Assembly (NCBI RefSeq): GCF_032062105.1
Contig: NW_026921048.1
Location: 62,001 to 126,000, forward strand
Length of the DNA stretch: 64,000 nt
DNA from: Saccostrea cucullata
Lineage: Eukaryota
Direction: 5' to 3'
The position numbers were made by a program, and so were the translations under genes. The stretch's first letter is position 1; each line of letters opens with the position of its first letter. The notes below the pieces were generated by a model. The model did no database searches, was not told the DNA's origin, and saw nothing but the letters and a program-made list of their open reading frames with translations. Below are positions 39,801 through 51,896 of the stretch, one piece after another.

Positions 39801-41211
39801 ATGCTTCATCGTATGTATGAAAAAAGTCCTGTTATACACCAATGAAAAGTTGTGTATTTCAAAAAGTTTAAATCATAAACTTTTGTGCAAATTTATCGTT
39901 CCTTTTTCGAATATATTTTATATCTTTTTATAAGAGTCTAAAATATGATTCTCTGATTTTTCTACAATTTATAATTTAAAATTAGATAGTTTGAAATCAA
40001 TTATATCTACAGTGAATAATACGGCTTTGTAGATTATGATAGGATCTTCAATTATTTGTAGTTGGATATGATTTATATTCAGACAATTGTGTATATTTTT
40101 TTTAAATATCTGAATCTTGGCGAGAGGATAAAAACTAAAAACAAATTGGATTTAAATTATACCCTGAAATTTTCCCTATATAGAAAATATTCTACAATAA
40201 ATATCTAAGCTGCGAAAATATTTTTTCTCAATACATTAAATACAAAAGTACAGAGAAACCATGTCCAAAAATCATTTTTGACGTCATAACTATGATATAT
40301 CAACTAAAAAGTCCATGGATTGATATTAACGAAGGGTAAACATTGGGGAACACTTTTAAAACACAAGAATTTATTCTCTATTTATGTTATCGTGTCTTAG
40401 CAAAATGATTTCACATCAGTTTAACCTCCGTTGGGTTTCTTCGCATGCCTAATGGAAGAGGGAAATATTTTTTTCAATAATGGAATTTAAAAAAAAAAGA
40501 GAAGTTCGAGAATCTGTTGTTTCAGATAAGTTTTGTTAGCAAGCTATCGTCGGATAATTTTCAAGCAAGGTCATTTAATCAAGTTGTGAACGTATTGTAC
40601 CCACATTTAAAATTTTTCAAAGTTTAAAAGTTTTTGTTTTAATATCCACCATCCTTTCCTATGAAAGAGAACGCATCGCTTTAATTCCAATATATGAAAT
40701 TTATTATATTCACTAAATACATGTTTAAAATAAAATATAAAATCTGAGTGTCATCTTTGTTGTAAAGATCATCCAATTAAAATACAGCCTTAAATGATGA
40801 AAGAAGTATGATTTCAGACAGATCTATACAAACAGCAATGTCAAACATTTTTGTTTATTTTGTATTCTGTTCATATATATCCACATATCACACAATATAT
40901 GTGTTAAAAGATCCCTAACAAACAAATTTTCTTTACAACAAAGCACCTGTTTGTGTATATAAATCCTAATTCATTTTGCATTTAATGCTCAGCAATTACG
41001 TAAAATTCAGTCACTGCTTTCCCAATGTCAATAAATTGTCTAAACGGGTATTTTTTAAAATGTGAATAAAGTTCTTTGAATCACCTAATACCGAACATCT
41101 TTTTGCATGTATTAATCCTTTCAACGTTAATAAAGTGACATTAATCTGTGTATTGCATTTAAATTTGAACTGATTTTTCTTTATTTCCTTCACTTTACTC
41201 CATGAGTAATT

Positions 41212-42399
41212 TTAGGCAGATTGCCCAGCGTATGCTGTTCCTTGAGGCCCTTGATTGTTAGGAGGGTAGACGAAGTTATACTCCGGTGGTGCCGGAGGCC
41301 CCGATGGGGGCGGTGCCTGGTAAGGAGGGGGTAGGTAGGGGTTAGGCGCTGGATGGTAACCACTGGGTCCTGAGCCATAGGCGTTATTAGCTGAAACAGA
41401 GTATTGTAAAATATCTCAAAATTAATCATTCTCATTTTGTATTTAAAAAAATTAGTGCTTTATATACATTTTATTAACATTTTTGGATTGGATAAAAAAA
41501 GCTAAATATAAGAAGTATAATGCTGAATACTTACAGAAAATAAATAAAAACATGGATTTTAATACTTGAATGGACGAAGGAAACCGTTGGTTGTGAGGGC
41601 TGGACAATCACTCGTCCATGGTTAGTTGTCTTGCAGACTTTCACACATACAATGACCACAATGGTTAATAATATTATAAAACCTACAATTCCGCCAATGA
41701 TCGCACCAATAATGGTTCCCACCGAAGAGTAACTGCTGTAAATAATACAATTATACATTGTCATAAACGTAAAAGGATAATGTAGATTAGAAAAAAAAAC
41801 TGAAATATAACAAAAAAAACCCCCATAAATTTCTAATTAATATGCTAGAGAAATTCATTATCGTGTAAATTTCGAATGAAGATGCACGTGCAGAATAAAA
41901 TATCTACCATTTTATTCTTAAGTTGTTGTAATACTTGTAAAATCTGTGGACCAAAAGACCAATTGCGAATTTATGTTCCTGTGATTTGTTACTAACTGTG
42001 ATACAGCGATATAAAGTATTCACGAAAGATAAAAAAATTACTGTCAGTCAAATTGACCCAAATCATTCAATTTTGAAAGAGAAAGTTAACTTACCTGTAA
42101 TAATAATAGTAGTAGTAGTAGTAAAAACAGTAATAATACGTTAATCCAGCATAGGAACTGTAGTAGTAATAGCAATAACTAGAACAATGAATGACGGTTA
42201 ACGCTGAAAAATATATGGGGAGTTGACGATAATTTATGATAGTGTTGTTTATTTATCGTGAAAACTCAAATCGTAACATATTGTTGAATTATTATCATAG
42301 AAAATAATTTTAAAAATGTGATTTGAAGTCCGAAATTTTGTTTACATTGAAATACTTACATGTACACAATGACAGGATAAACAACCAAAATATCGTCAT
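41212..42399 (-). CDS. Tyr-rich single-pass membrane protein B (CYYR1/Shisa-like), 165 aa
   Basis: Exons 42399-42360, 42203-42095, 41735-41566 and 41390-41212 (498 nt). Signal MTIFWLFILSLCTSLTVIHC, ectodomain SSYCYYYYSSYAGLTYYYCFYYYYYYYYYSSYSS, TM VGTIIGAIIGGIVGFIILLTIVVIVC, tail with LPPPY and PPEY. Confidence 0.85.
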
Positions 42400-43371
42400 C
42401 TTCCTTCATGTTTGGTGACTAGTTTAGAATTGGTAGAACAAACTTGTGAGTGCGACTGAATGAACACTTCCTGTTCAAAGCTTTCACGCATATTTGTTTT
42501 TTTTTATGTATATTTGTTTTCTGAATAACAACTTCGTTTCGATGTAAAACTTCTTGTTCTTTACAAATTTGGCAAATATCTTGTTGACGTAATGGTGCAT
42601 TGTGCAACTAAATAAAAATCAATCTTGCACGATTTTCTTTTCAATTGAGAAGTTCTTGGTAAACATTATAACCTGAATACACTTCTGAGTTTTTTAAATC
42701 ACCTATAGAATTCACATTGTCCCATTTTCATGCAGCAGAAACATTGGAAGTCTAAGAAGTCCTAAACTCACCTTCGAGATTTGTTTTGTTTTAAAAGAAA
42801 TTGTCAAACAATGTTCCTTATGCAGAAAATATCGTTGATTATCGGGGTCTTTTTTCATAATTGAGAATATTTTTCGTTCAATGAAGTGAGATATTGCCCT
42901 ATTTAATTAAAATATGTACCATAAATTCGTTTACTGAGCAAACTAGGTCTTTTAGATACATCATTTTTATTCAAAGAGTGATACCGCCAATTATATGTTA
43001 ATATACCTTAGCATATCCAAAAAAAACTTCAATTGTAAAATTTAATGACCATGCAAATAGCCATTTAATCCTGTCCAAATAATTGTAAATCTTTGATTTA
43101 ATTTGTACTCAAGTTTGAACTCATATATAAATAATGATTAAGTTTTATATCATTACTATTTTTTTTTATTTCAAAACAATTGCATCGAGAAACATCTAAC
43201 ATGCTTTTTTTTATTGAAGACAAAAAAATATCATTATTAAAATCTTTATTCGCCGTAACAAATCACATACAAAGAATCAAAGAAAGGAGGGAGCGGTGTG
43301 TTTCTTCCACCTCTGCCCATGATACATGTATATTAATCATTTTAATCAAAGATCAGATTACACGCTAACAA

Positions 43372-44940
43372 TTAGTCTTGTTTAAGTTTCCCTTTGATGC
43401 AACGGCGACAAAGCACCCTAAAAATATATATTATCAAATATATAATTGATAGAGTTAAGATGGATAATAAAAGAAAAATGTCTAGTCCAAAGTATTTGTA
43501 GTCAGATAGAGCATGGGATGAAGACCGAAGATGAGAACTTCCGAAGGCGGTCACGTGATGTACCCAGTATGCCGCTCTCTGAGATGCGTTCAGTGGTTTT
43601 GATCTGTATATTTCTGACGCGATCTTTATTTTCTTTGAGTAAGTCCCATTGTAGACAACTTCCCTTATACTCCTCTCCAATGCCTCCGAAGTTAATGTGT
43701 TGTGATTTAGCTTCACACCGAACGATTTAATAACGATTCTATCAGCATTATATTCCTGGTCACCAGAAATCGGTATTGCAATCATAGGTACTCCATGATA
43801 TAGTGCTTCATATTGCCCACTGTTTCCACAGTGCGTTATGAATGCCTTGACTCTTTTGTTGGCAAGAAGGTCATACTGAGGTAACCAAGGAACACTTAGA
43901 ATATTCCTTTCCTGAAATTGGGACTTATCTATTTTTGCAATAAAATGTATTTCTGGAACCTTCTGAAATGCTTTGAATAGAATATCTTTGAACTCCTTTG
44001 GCATGATTGATAGGCTTCCAAACGTTACAATGACTACACCGTCCTTAGCAGCATCAATATGGCGTTGAATCTTGGTTGGGAGAGGGTTCAGTGAATTTGA
44101 TAACGACATTCCTCCTACAAATGCTATATTTGGAAGTGAAGGCCTCGGGTAATCTAGAACTTCGTCCTGATCCATCAAGTAAAAGCTAAAAGAGTTCGTC
44201 TTCTTGTAAAATTCTTCCATGCTAGATGCTGAAAGATATTTGCGAACAACATCGTCGGGAAAGAATAACGATTTGCCAAATGTCCCGATCAGGATCATTC
44301 CTATGCGCATAAGAGTACTTTGTAAACGTGACATTAATGAATTAGAATCAGGAATCGGGAACACAGGTAAATCGGGAATAGCAAGATAATCCGAAGGAAT
44401 TCTATAGATCGTGTAAGGAAGGAATCCTGAAGCACAATGAATAATCTCTGGAATGGATAATTGTTGTGCAATAATAAGGAATGGTAAAGAAAGCATTGGA
44501 TCAATAATGACCGTCTTAAATTGCTGACCCTCCAGTTTCTTGAAAATATCAGAGTCTGACATGTACAGGTGTGTAATGTTGACCATTATGCTTTGCATCT
44601 TCTGTCCAAGGGATAGAAAGCTCTTATTTTGAAAACTGCCTTCCACAGCTATATTCACAAGTTTATCAATCTCTTTTGAGATGTTCCCCTTCTTGTCATA
44701 AGTGACAATGTCGCTCGAGAGGTCTTTCAACCCTGGGTGTTCTGCGAGTGTTTCCGTGACTAAAAAGGTCACGTTATGATTGTACTGACCAATGAGAATG
44801 TCCACCATGCCCTTCATTGGTCTCAGGTGACTGTATCCCGGGCCTGGTAGAACAAGGATGTTGTCCGAAGATACAATCTCTATGTTTACCGAAAGGTACA
44901 TGATAAATAAAACACGGAATAGGCAGGTTCTTTTTACCAT
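43372..44940 (-). CDS. UDP-glucuronosyl/glycosyltransferase (GT1), intronless CDS, 522 aa
   Basis: Start MVKRT directly follows a tttttacag acceptor. Signal peptide, NILVLPGPGYSH (catalytic His), UGT signature WLPQYDLLANKRVKAFITHCGNSGQYEALYHGVPMIAIPISGDQ, C-terminal TM and KLKQD dilysine ER-retrieval motif. Confidence 0.93.
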   Translation of the reverse strand: MVKRTCLFRVLFIMYLSVNIEIVSSDNILVLPGPGYSHLRPMKGMVDILIGQYNHNVTFLVTETLAEHPGLKDLSSDIVTYDKKGNISKEIDKLVNIAVEGSFQNKSFLSLGQKMQSIMVNITHLYMSDSDIFKKLEGQQFKTVIIDPMLSLPFLIIAQQLSIPEIIHCASGFLPYTIYRIPSDYLAIPDLPVFPIPDSNSLMSRLQSTLMRIGMILIGTFGKSLFFPDDVVRKYLSASSMEEFYKKTNSFSFYLMDQDEVLDYPRPSLPNIAFVGGMSLSNSLNPLPTKIQRHIDAAKDGVVIVTFGSLSIMPKEFKDILFKAFQKVPEIHFIAKIDKSQFQERNILSVPWLPQYDLLANKRVKAFITHCGNSGQYEALYHGVPMIAIPISGDQEYNADRIVIKSFGVKLNHNTLTSEALERSIREVVYNGTYSKKIKIASEIYRSKPLNASQRAAYWVHHVTAFGSSHLRSSSHALSDYKYFGLDIFLLLSILTLSIIYLIIYIFRVLCRRCIKGKLKQD

Positions 44941-45424
44941 CTGTAAAAAATAGTAACAATATTGTATTTGTAAATCCTGATGGTCATTCCTTTGTTTTAA
45001 AAAAATAATGTTAATGTGTAAAACAAAAGTACAATTCCTATAGTGATAATAGGAAAAAAATGAACACGTCTCAGTCATATGGAGAATGTACAAATAAGAT
45101 TGATTTAATAAGGAAAGCGCATATTAATTTAAATTAATTGGAATACAATAATTAACAATTGACATAATTCATAATAAAAAATCCTAGGTCCGCCCGTTAA
45201 AAAATATGGTCAAAGTTCACGTTCTTCTAAATTCATGGTCCAACATTAAAATTACACTTCGGTAAATGTTTGTCAAAGGATTTCAAACTTTGGAATCCAG
45301 AGGCAATAAATATTTAATTTGTTACACATTTTTGAAACACGAATGTCTTAGCATCAACCATTAAAACAGTCAAATTGGTCAGTACTTAACAAATATAATT
45401 TAAGAATAGAAATTAATTAAAGGG

Positions 45425-45554
45425 NNNNNNNNNNNNNNNNNNNNNNNNNNNNNNNNNNNNNNNNNNNNNNNNNNNNNNNNNNNNNNNNNNNNNNNNNNNN
45501 NNNNNNNNNNNNNNNNNNNNNNNNNNNNNNNNNNNNNNNNNNNNNNNNNNNNNN
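45425..45554. other. Assembly gap
   Basis: Run of N. Confidence 1.
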
Positions 45555-47835
45555 ACTTTTCTACAGACAACACCCTTCCAAAAAAGTCCAAATCGTTGAA
45601 TTATCACAAAATGAAATAATTTAAGTGACTTTCATATTTGAATATATGTTTTAAGGCAGAAAAAATCAGCTCGTTTTTTCATCAGCATTATTTTTCTAAG
45701 CCCCTGATCCAGTTTCCTACATCTTGCTGTCAATGTTTATGTTTTTGTTTAGGTAAACCACTGTTTGTTGTCGTTTAAAAATTATGTTATGGGTAAAAAG
45801 TATTTCCACGTACCTTCTTACTTCTACACATCCAACTTATGAGTTGTCAGCATGAGATTCCTAGAGGGTTTGCAATATTCGTTTGATTCTTTATGGGTTA
45901 TATTCCACATGCCATTGAAATGTTTTTAGCATAAAAGGTCAAAAACTGTAACGGTTCACTCGCCGACTTGTATGATTGTAACTGGATGTATTAAGAATGT
46001 CCACTGACGTGTAACGATTTTGGCTGGAATGGGATTTGGGATACCGGGATGAATAAACTAAATTATTTAAAGAAAAAAATAAAGAAAAAAAATCAATAAC
46101 TCGGTTTATTATAGGTTTACTGGTTTCAGATAATTTATGAAAATACAAAACACTTAAATTATATCAAAATTATATATGCCTCAAGGAATATTTGGGTTTT
46201 TTTTTATAATTGGAAAGCTTGAACACTGGCATTTAATAGCTGCCTACATCAAATTCAAAATTTTCGACTATTGTATTCTGTGTGTGACTTTAGTGTCCAA
46301 ACATAACATGCTATTACATTGAAGGGCATTGCGTACATGTGTGGATACTCCTTAGCATGACTTTAATTCCTCACAATTTATAAGAGCACAAAATGGTTGT
46401 TATAGGTACAATTCATTTGAAGTAAGATACAATTATTTGAAGATAGGTCCAGATATTTTAATTTATGTTAATTTGGCGTTCCATAAAATAAGGGTCGTTG
46501 ACGAATGAAAAGTTGAATACAAATAATGTTTATCATAAACATTTGTTTTTGGTTAAAATTCTAAATATAAAGTATAGAAATGTCATCAAATTCTATGACA
46601 TCTTTTATTTTAAAGGTAATTGATATATGAAATCTACATATAAATTGAAGCTACTATTTCACATGTAATATATGTCCTACGGATTGTTATAAAAATATTA
46701 AGTCTCCAATTCATACACTCTAAATATTGTCATTTAGAAACCCCCATGCAGCATTTCGTTAGCCTTAACTTCAGAGTACTTGCGAGTATACAATGAAAAT
46801 GTACCATTCAAATCAAATGACTTTGCAAATGACAAGGTACGTATATTAGTGAGTTCCATTCACCTGTTTTCTGTATTTATCAATCTAAAAGTAGCGACGG
46901 CGTCACGTGATAGATTTATTTAAAAATAGCTATTTTTCTTTCCTTGCAGGATAATAAATATTTATAATTTGATAACTTTGCAACGCGTTTAATTTTAATG
47001 GTGTAATTTACAGTATCTTCGTAACTTTTATTGATAAACAAATAATATCAATTTCCAATCGTATTTTAACTGGCGCAAGTTATAGCATGTATACTTTTAA
47101 GGTTCATTTAAAGTAGAATATATGACGAAGGAAAGTGCGGTTAAATGTGAAGCTAACTTCCTTGTCGGTTGTTTATGATACAGGTTTACCTTGAACCCAC
47201 TGTAACGATAATCATGATAATGATTACACTGAAAATAAATCATAGAAAGAGAGACAGGACATGTTTTCAAAAGAAACAGGCATCATGTTTATAAAATTTA
47301 TAAAAGCTACCCTATAACCTTTTGATCTCAGTCTCACTTTCACCAAAGGAATACAGTGGAATATGGTGGAAAATTGAGACTGAGATCAAAAGTGAGCTCG
47401 TCTAAGTTTTATTGGCACCAGGCCTGGAACCAAAAATAGAGGTTAGAATGATACAGAACATAAACATCAAACTCAACTCTTGTTATATGTACATGAATTG
47501 TCTCATTTCCAGTCTCTCATTATCTCTGAAATATTTATAATGTAAATAAAAAACCGCCACATGCATGCACACAGTAATTTTATATTTTAAAAAGATGAAA
47601 CCATCAGTTATTATGACTTTATAGTGATACAGTTCTTTTTGAATTATATCATTGAATGATAATAATACTGTGTAACAATATATAATTTTTTAAAAACATT
47701 TTATGCATATAATGTCATTGTGCCCAAAAGTTTTTAGAATATAACAAGAGTGTGGTTAAATAAGTAAGGAGGAAGGCTGGAACGATAATCATGATAAGTT
47801 ATGTTATAAAGCGAAATTAAACAGCATAATTTAAA

Positions 47836-48069
47836 TACTGTAGATCACTTAATTTTCGCGACACCTTATTTTCGCGAGATAGTGATACAGAATTGACTCT
47901 TTATTATGTACAAAATTTTCACGAATTGTCTCATTGCTGTTTATAATCTAAAAAAGGAATGCACTAATTTTATATTTCGCGAGAATGGAATTTTGATAGT
48001 GATACAGTTCTTTTTAATTTACATTGAATGATAATAATAAAACCTGCGAATAAAAAGTGATTTACAGTA
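47836..48069. mobile_element. TA-flanked MITE immediately downstream of the UGT stop codon
   Basis: tactgtagatcactt ... aagtgatttacagta. A decayed related copy lies at ~47475-47670. Confidence 0.6.
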
Positions 48070-48076
48070 TGTTGAA

Positions 48077-49639
48077 TCAATCTGTTTTAAGTTTCCTTTT
48101 AAAACAGTAGTTCAAAATTATTCTCAAAACATACACAAACAAATATATGACTGAGAGAAATAAAATGAATAACAAAAGTATAATGTCTAGTCCAAAATAT
48201 TGGTAGTCAGGTAAAGAGTGAGATCGGGAACGAAGATGAGAACTTCCAAAGGCGGTCACGTGATGTACCCAGTGGGCAGCTCTCTGAGAGGCGTTCAGTG
48301 GCTTCGATCTGTATATTTCTGAAGCGATCCTTATATTCTTAGAATATTTCTCATTGTAGACAACTTCCCTTATGCTCCTCTCCATTACTTCTGGGGTAAG
48401 TGTGTTGTGATTTAACTTTATACCAAAAGATTTAATAACTATTCTGTCAGCATTATAGTGTTGATCACCAGCGATGGGTATGGCAATCATGGGTACTCCA
48501 TGATACAGTGCTTCATATTGCCCACTGTTTCCGCAGTGTGTTATGAATGCCTTGACTCTTTTATTGGCAAGAACGTCATTTTGAGGTAACCAAGAAACGG
48601 TGAGAATGTTCTTTTCCATGAAATAGGACTCATCTATGTTGGCAATCAAATTTAGTTCTGGAATGTTTTGAAAAGCTTCAAATATAGTACTTTTGAATTT
48701 CATTGGCATGTTTGATCTGCTTCCAAAAGTTGCAACGACTACTCCGTCCTTTGCGGAGTCTATATGGCGTTGAATCTGGTTTGGAAGGAGATTCAATGTA
48801 CTTGATAAGGACAATCCACCTACAAATGCGATATTTGGAATTGAAGGCCTTGGATAATCAATTATTTCGTCCTGGTCCATCAAGTAAAAACTAAAAGAGT
48901 TTGTCTTCCTGTAAAACTCATCCACACTTGATTTCGATACATATTTACGAACAACATCATCAGGAAAAGTAAAAGTTTTTCCAAATATCCCCATCAAAAC
49001 CATACCCATCCGCACAAAAAGACTTTGAAAACGCGATATGAATGAACTTGGATCAGGAATTGGGAACAGAGGAAATTCGGGGATGCTGAGGTAATCTGAC
49101 GGAAGTCTATAAATCACGTGAGGTAGACAGGTTGCTGAACAATAAACAACCTCTGGAATTGATAATTTATGTGCAATGATAAGGGATGGTAAATATAGCA
49201 ATCCATCAAAAATGACTGTCTGAAAATGTTGACCCTCCAGTTTGGTGAAAATATCAGAATCTGTCAAATATGCATGTGAAATGTTTAGCATCATGCTCTG
49301 TACCTTTGGTCCTAAGGTAAAAAAGCTCTTATTTTGAAAGCCTCTTTCTCCTGAAATAGTATGAAGTTTATCGGTTTCTTTTGTGATTTCTCCCTCCTTG
49401 TCGTGGGTAACTATTTGGCCTGATAAATCTCTCAAACCTTCGTGTCCTGCAAGTGTTTCCGGGACTAAGAACGTCACATTATGTTTGTACTGGTTAACTA
49501 GGAGATCCACTATACCGATCATTGGTCTCACATGACTGTACCCCGGGCCTGGTATAACTAGGATGTTCTCCGATGATACCATTGCAAGTAGGTGCAAGAT
49601 AAACAGGATGTGTACAAGATGGAACCTTCTTGTCTCCAT
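48077..49639 (-). CDS. UDP-glucuronosyl/glycosyltransferase (GT1), intronless CDS, 520 aa; tandem paralogue
   Basis: Start METRR directly follows a ttttggcag acceptor. GPGYSH, WLPQNDVLANKRVKAFITHCGNSGQYEALYHGVPMIAIPIAGDQ, TM and KLKTD end. Colinear with 43372-44940. Confidence 0.93.
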   Translation of the reverse strand: METRRFHLVHILFILHLLAMVSSENILVIPGPGYSHVRPMIGIVDLLVNQYKHNVTFLVPETLAGHEGLRDLSGQIVTHDKEGEITKETDKLHTISGERGFQNKSFFTLGPKVQSMMLNISHAYLTDSDIFTKLEGQHFQTVIFDGLLYLPSLIIAHKLSIPEVVYCSATCLPHVIYRLPSDYLSIPEFPLFPIPDPSSFISRFQSLFVRMGMVLMGIFGKTFTFPDDVVRKYVSKSSVDEFYRKTNSFSFYLMDQDEIIDYPRPSIPNIAFVGGLSLSSTLNLLPNQIQRHIDSAKDGVVVATFGSRSNMPMKFKSTIFEAFQNIPELNLIANIDESYFMEKNILTVSWLPQNDVLANKRVKAFITHCGNSGQYEALYHGVPMIAIPIAGDQHYNADRIVIKSFGIKLNHNTLTPEVMERSIREVVYNEKYSKNIRIASEIYRSKPLNASQRAAHWVHHVTAFGSSHLRSRSHSLPDYQYFGLDIILLLFILFLSVIYLFVYVLRIILNYCFKRKLKTD

Positions 49640-51334
49640 CTGCCAAAACAATGCAATATAAAAAGAAAATAAGATATTCTAATTTTCATAATCAGTCCTT
49701 ATATAAGATCTTAAGATTCTGAAAAAAAAAATAATTACGAGAAAATTATTGTATATGCATATTTTTTGCAAGATTGTCTCGGCCTAAAAATAAGTGCAAG
49801 TGATTGGTAATAGAAAGTTTCATAACAGTTACTGTCTGGTCATTTTGGGGATGAACAAAAATCATGTATAGGTAACCAAAACAAAAATACACAAGACTAT
49901 CCTGATATAAAATACCGTAATTTAAGTTATTTACTGAATATTTAACCATCTGCTAAAGAAAAGTTAAACCATTTAAGTACCGTAGAATTACGCTAATGTA
50001 CATATTTGTGTTTTTGTATCAATATACCGGGGTATGCCTAAAATTGTAGGAAAACATCAAAATAAATATATAATAATGCCCTCGAAATCCGGCGTTTACT
50101 AACTTAAAAGTTCTGAGTTTAGCGTCATCATTGGAATAGAATGTAACAGAGCCAGCAAAGGGTAGATTTATTTCATTCAGAGAGAAGTCGTGTTTAATAA
50201 ATGTTTCCCTTTAATCAGTGCAGAAGAAAAAATTACTGAACAAATTAACCTGTCTGTGAAAGTTGAACTATATTATATGTGTTCCTGCATGTTCTTAGCA
50301 TGCTCAGCATAGATTAGCATAAATATTCATATAACAAACAGAGTGAGACCATACGTAAGGTGCAGGTCACTGACACCATTATGGCTATGCCGGGTATTTA
50401 TAGCTTCAAAACAAGGTGAAACCGTTCAATGATTAAATAAAAACCCAATCTATACCGGTGTCAAATGTATGATACATGGATACTTAATTGTTCACTACAG
50501 GAAGATTGGTTGATTTGCATGACTGCTAAATTTATACATGTAGGCGTATATTAAGAGGACAAAAACATTACTAATTAATTAAGCCCTTGCATTGGTGTGT
50601 TATACTGATAGCATTAAAAACTATTGATTTATATGCTTTAACATGTTTAATCCAGATACACCTAACTCTTTAAAAAAATATAGCATACAGGTTGCATACC
50701 TTTTTTTCCCTAAAATTCCAGCTTACATGACTTCAGCCTGTACTGCGTGTAACCGGGGCTTGATTGTTGGATATAATTCTCCATGATCTGTATTTCTTCA
50801 TGCATGCGAAGTACTTTTCTCAATAGCAAAACGTAATGGGGTCAAAATCTATAACGTTGCACTCCGTGTCTTTTATAATATCATCAAGGTCTAATGCACT
50901 AAGGCTTATTTACGCGGTCTGCATAATAAGATCTGCATGACGTGCAACAACTTACAAATCTCATATGGATTAAAAAAGTAATCTAGATATGAAATCAACT
51001 AGCTAGGGTTGGATGGCATTGAAACATCGTAATTTCTTTGTAAGAATAGTATTGAAACCAATCATTAAGTATTAAGGTCAGAGAGGTTGATCTAAATAAA
51101 GCACAATTAAATGCGTTCAATAAATCATTTCCTCAGTGCTCGCAAAGAAAAAAAAACGCTTTTCATTGATTTAGTCTTCATGATTTCACTAAAATATTCT
51201 CTTTTAATTAAAACACAAGATATTCCAATTTTTGATTATTTTTAGAACATATTCAGAGTATGAACCTTCGTATACTGGAATAAATGGTACATTCTGTGAT
51301 TTCACGTACTTGTTTTTTTTTTCTTTCTGAAAGG

Positions 51335-51630
51335 GTCGCCCGCGTGGCGCAGTGGTTAGAGCGTCTGCTCTAGAGTCGAGATGTAAGGAGTCAATCCTTA
51401 CGTCGCGGGTTCGAATCACACTGTGGGACGTGGAGACCGGTCCTTCGGATGAGACCTTATAAACCGAGGTCCCGTGTGGCAGTAGGTGCTGGCACGAAAA
51501 AGATCCCTCCCTGCTCAATGGCCCTGAGTGCCGAGCATAGGACAAAATTTGTAGCTCTCCACCGGCAAGTGGTGGCGTCTCCATATGAGTGAAAAATTCT
51601 CGAGAGGGGCGTTAAACAATATACAATCAA
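51335..51630 (+). mobile_element. Full-length tRNA-derived SINE with Deu/Nin-like central domain
   Basis: A box tggcgcagtgg (51345), B box ggttcgaatc (51408), core tcggatgagacc..aaaccgaggtcccgtgt..aaaagatccc, (CAAT)n tail, and a perfect 13-bp TSD tctttctgaaagg (51322-51334 / 51631-51643). Confidence 0.92.
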
Positions 51631-51896
51631 TCTTTCTGAAAGGTGTTTGTTCAAGTTTGGAAAATGAAATAATTCAAAGGTTGAACGATCTGGCAAATAT
51701 TGTTGATATGACAAAACATAACTTTCTGTTTATCAAAAAAGCGCCATTACTCTTCATGGCCTGTGACGCTGTCAGGAAAATATTTAATGTAGTGGATTCC
51801 TGATTCTGGTTCCTTCCTCTCATAAATCTTTCGATTTTTTTTTTGCAAATATTTTGCTTTCTAGACTTATTCAGAAATTAAACTGCCTCCCAGAAC

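Noticed and set aside
44941-45093. 51-aa N-terminal extension of the UGT in the ORF track
   Set aside because: AT-rich sequence ending in a splice acceptor; the paralogue and signal peptide place the start at 44940.
37327-45607. ORFs containing X runs near 37327-37734 and 45400-45607
   Set aside because: Artefacts of the N gaps.
51335-51425. tRNA gene, possibly a CTA suppressor
   Set aside because: No proper acceptor or anticodon stems; it continues into a SINE body with tail and TSD, and several copies exist.
51204-51714. Similar ORFs at 51204/51457 and 23492/23604 suggesting a small gene family
   Set aside because: They are antisense translations of SINE copies.
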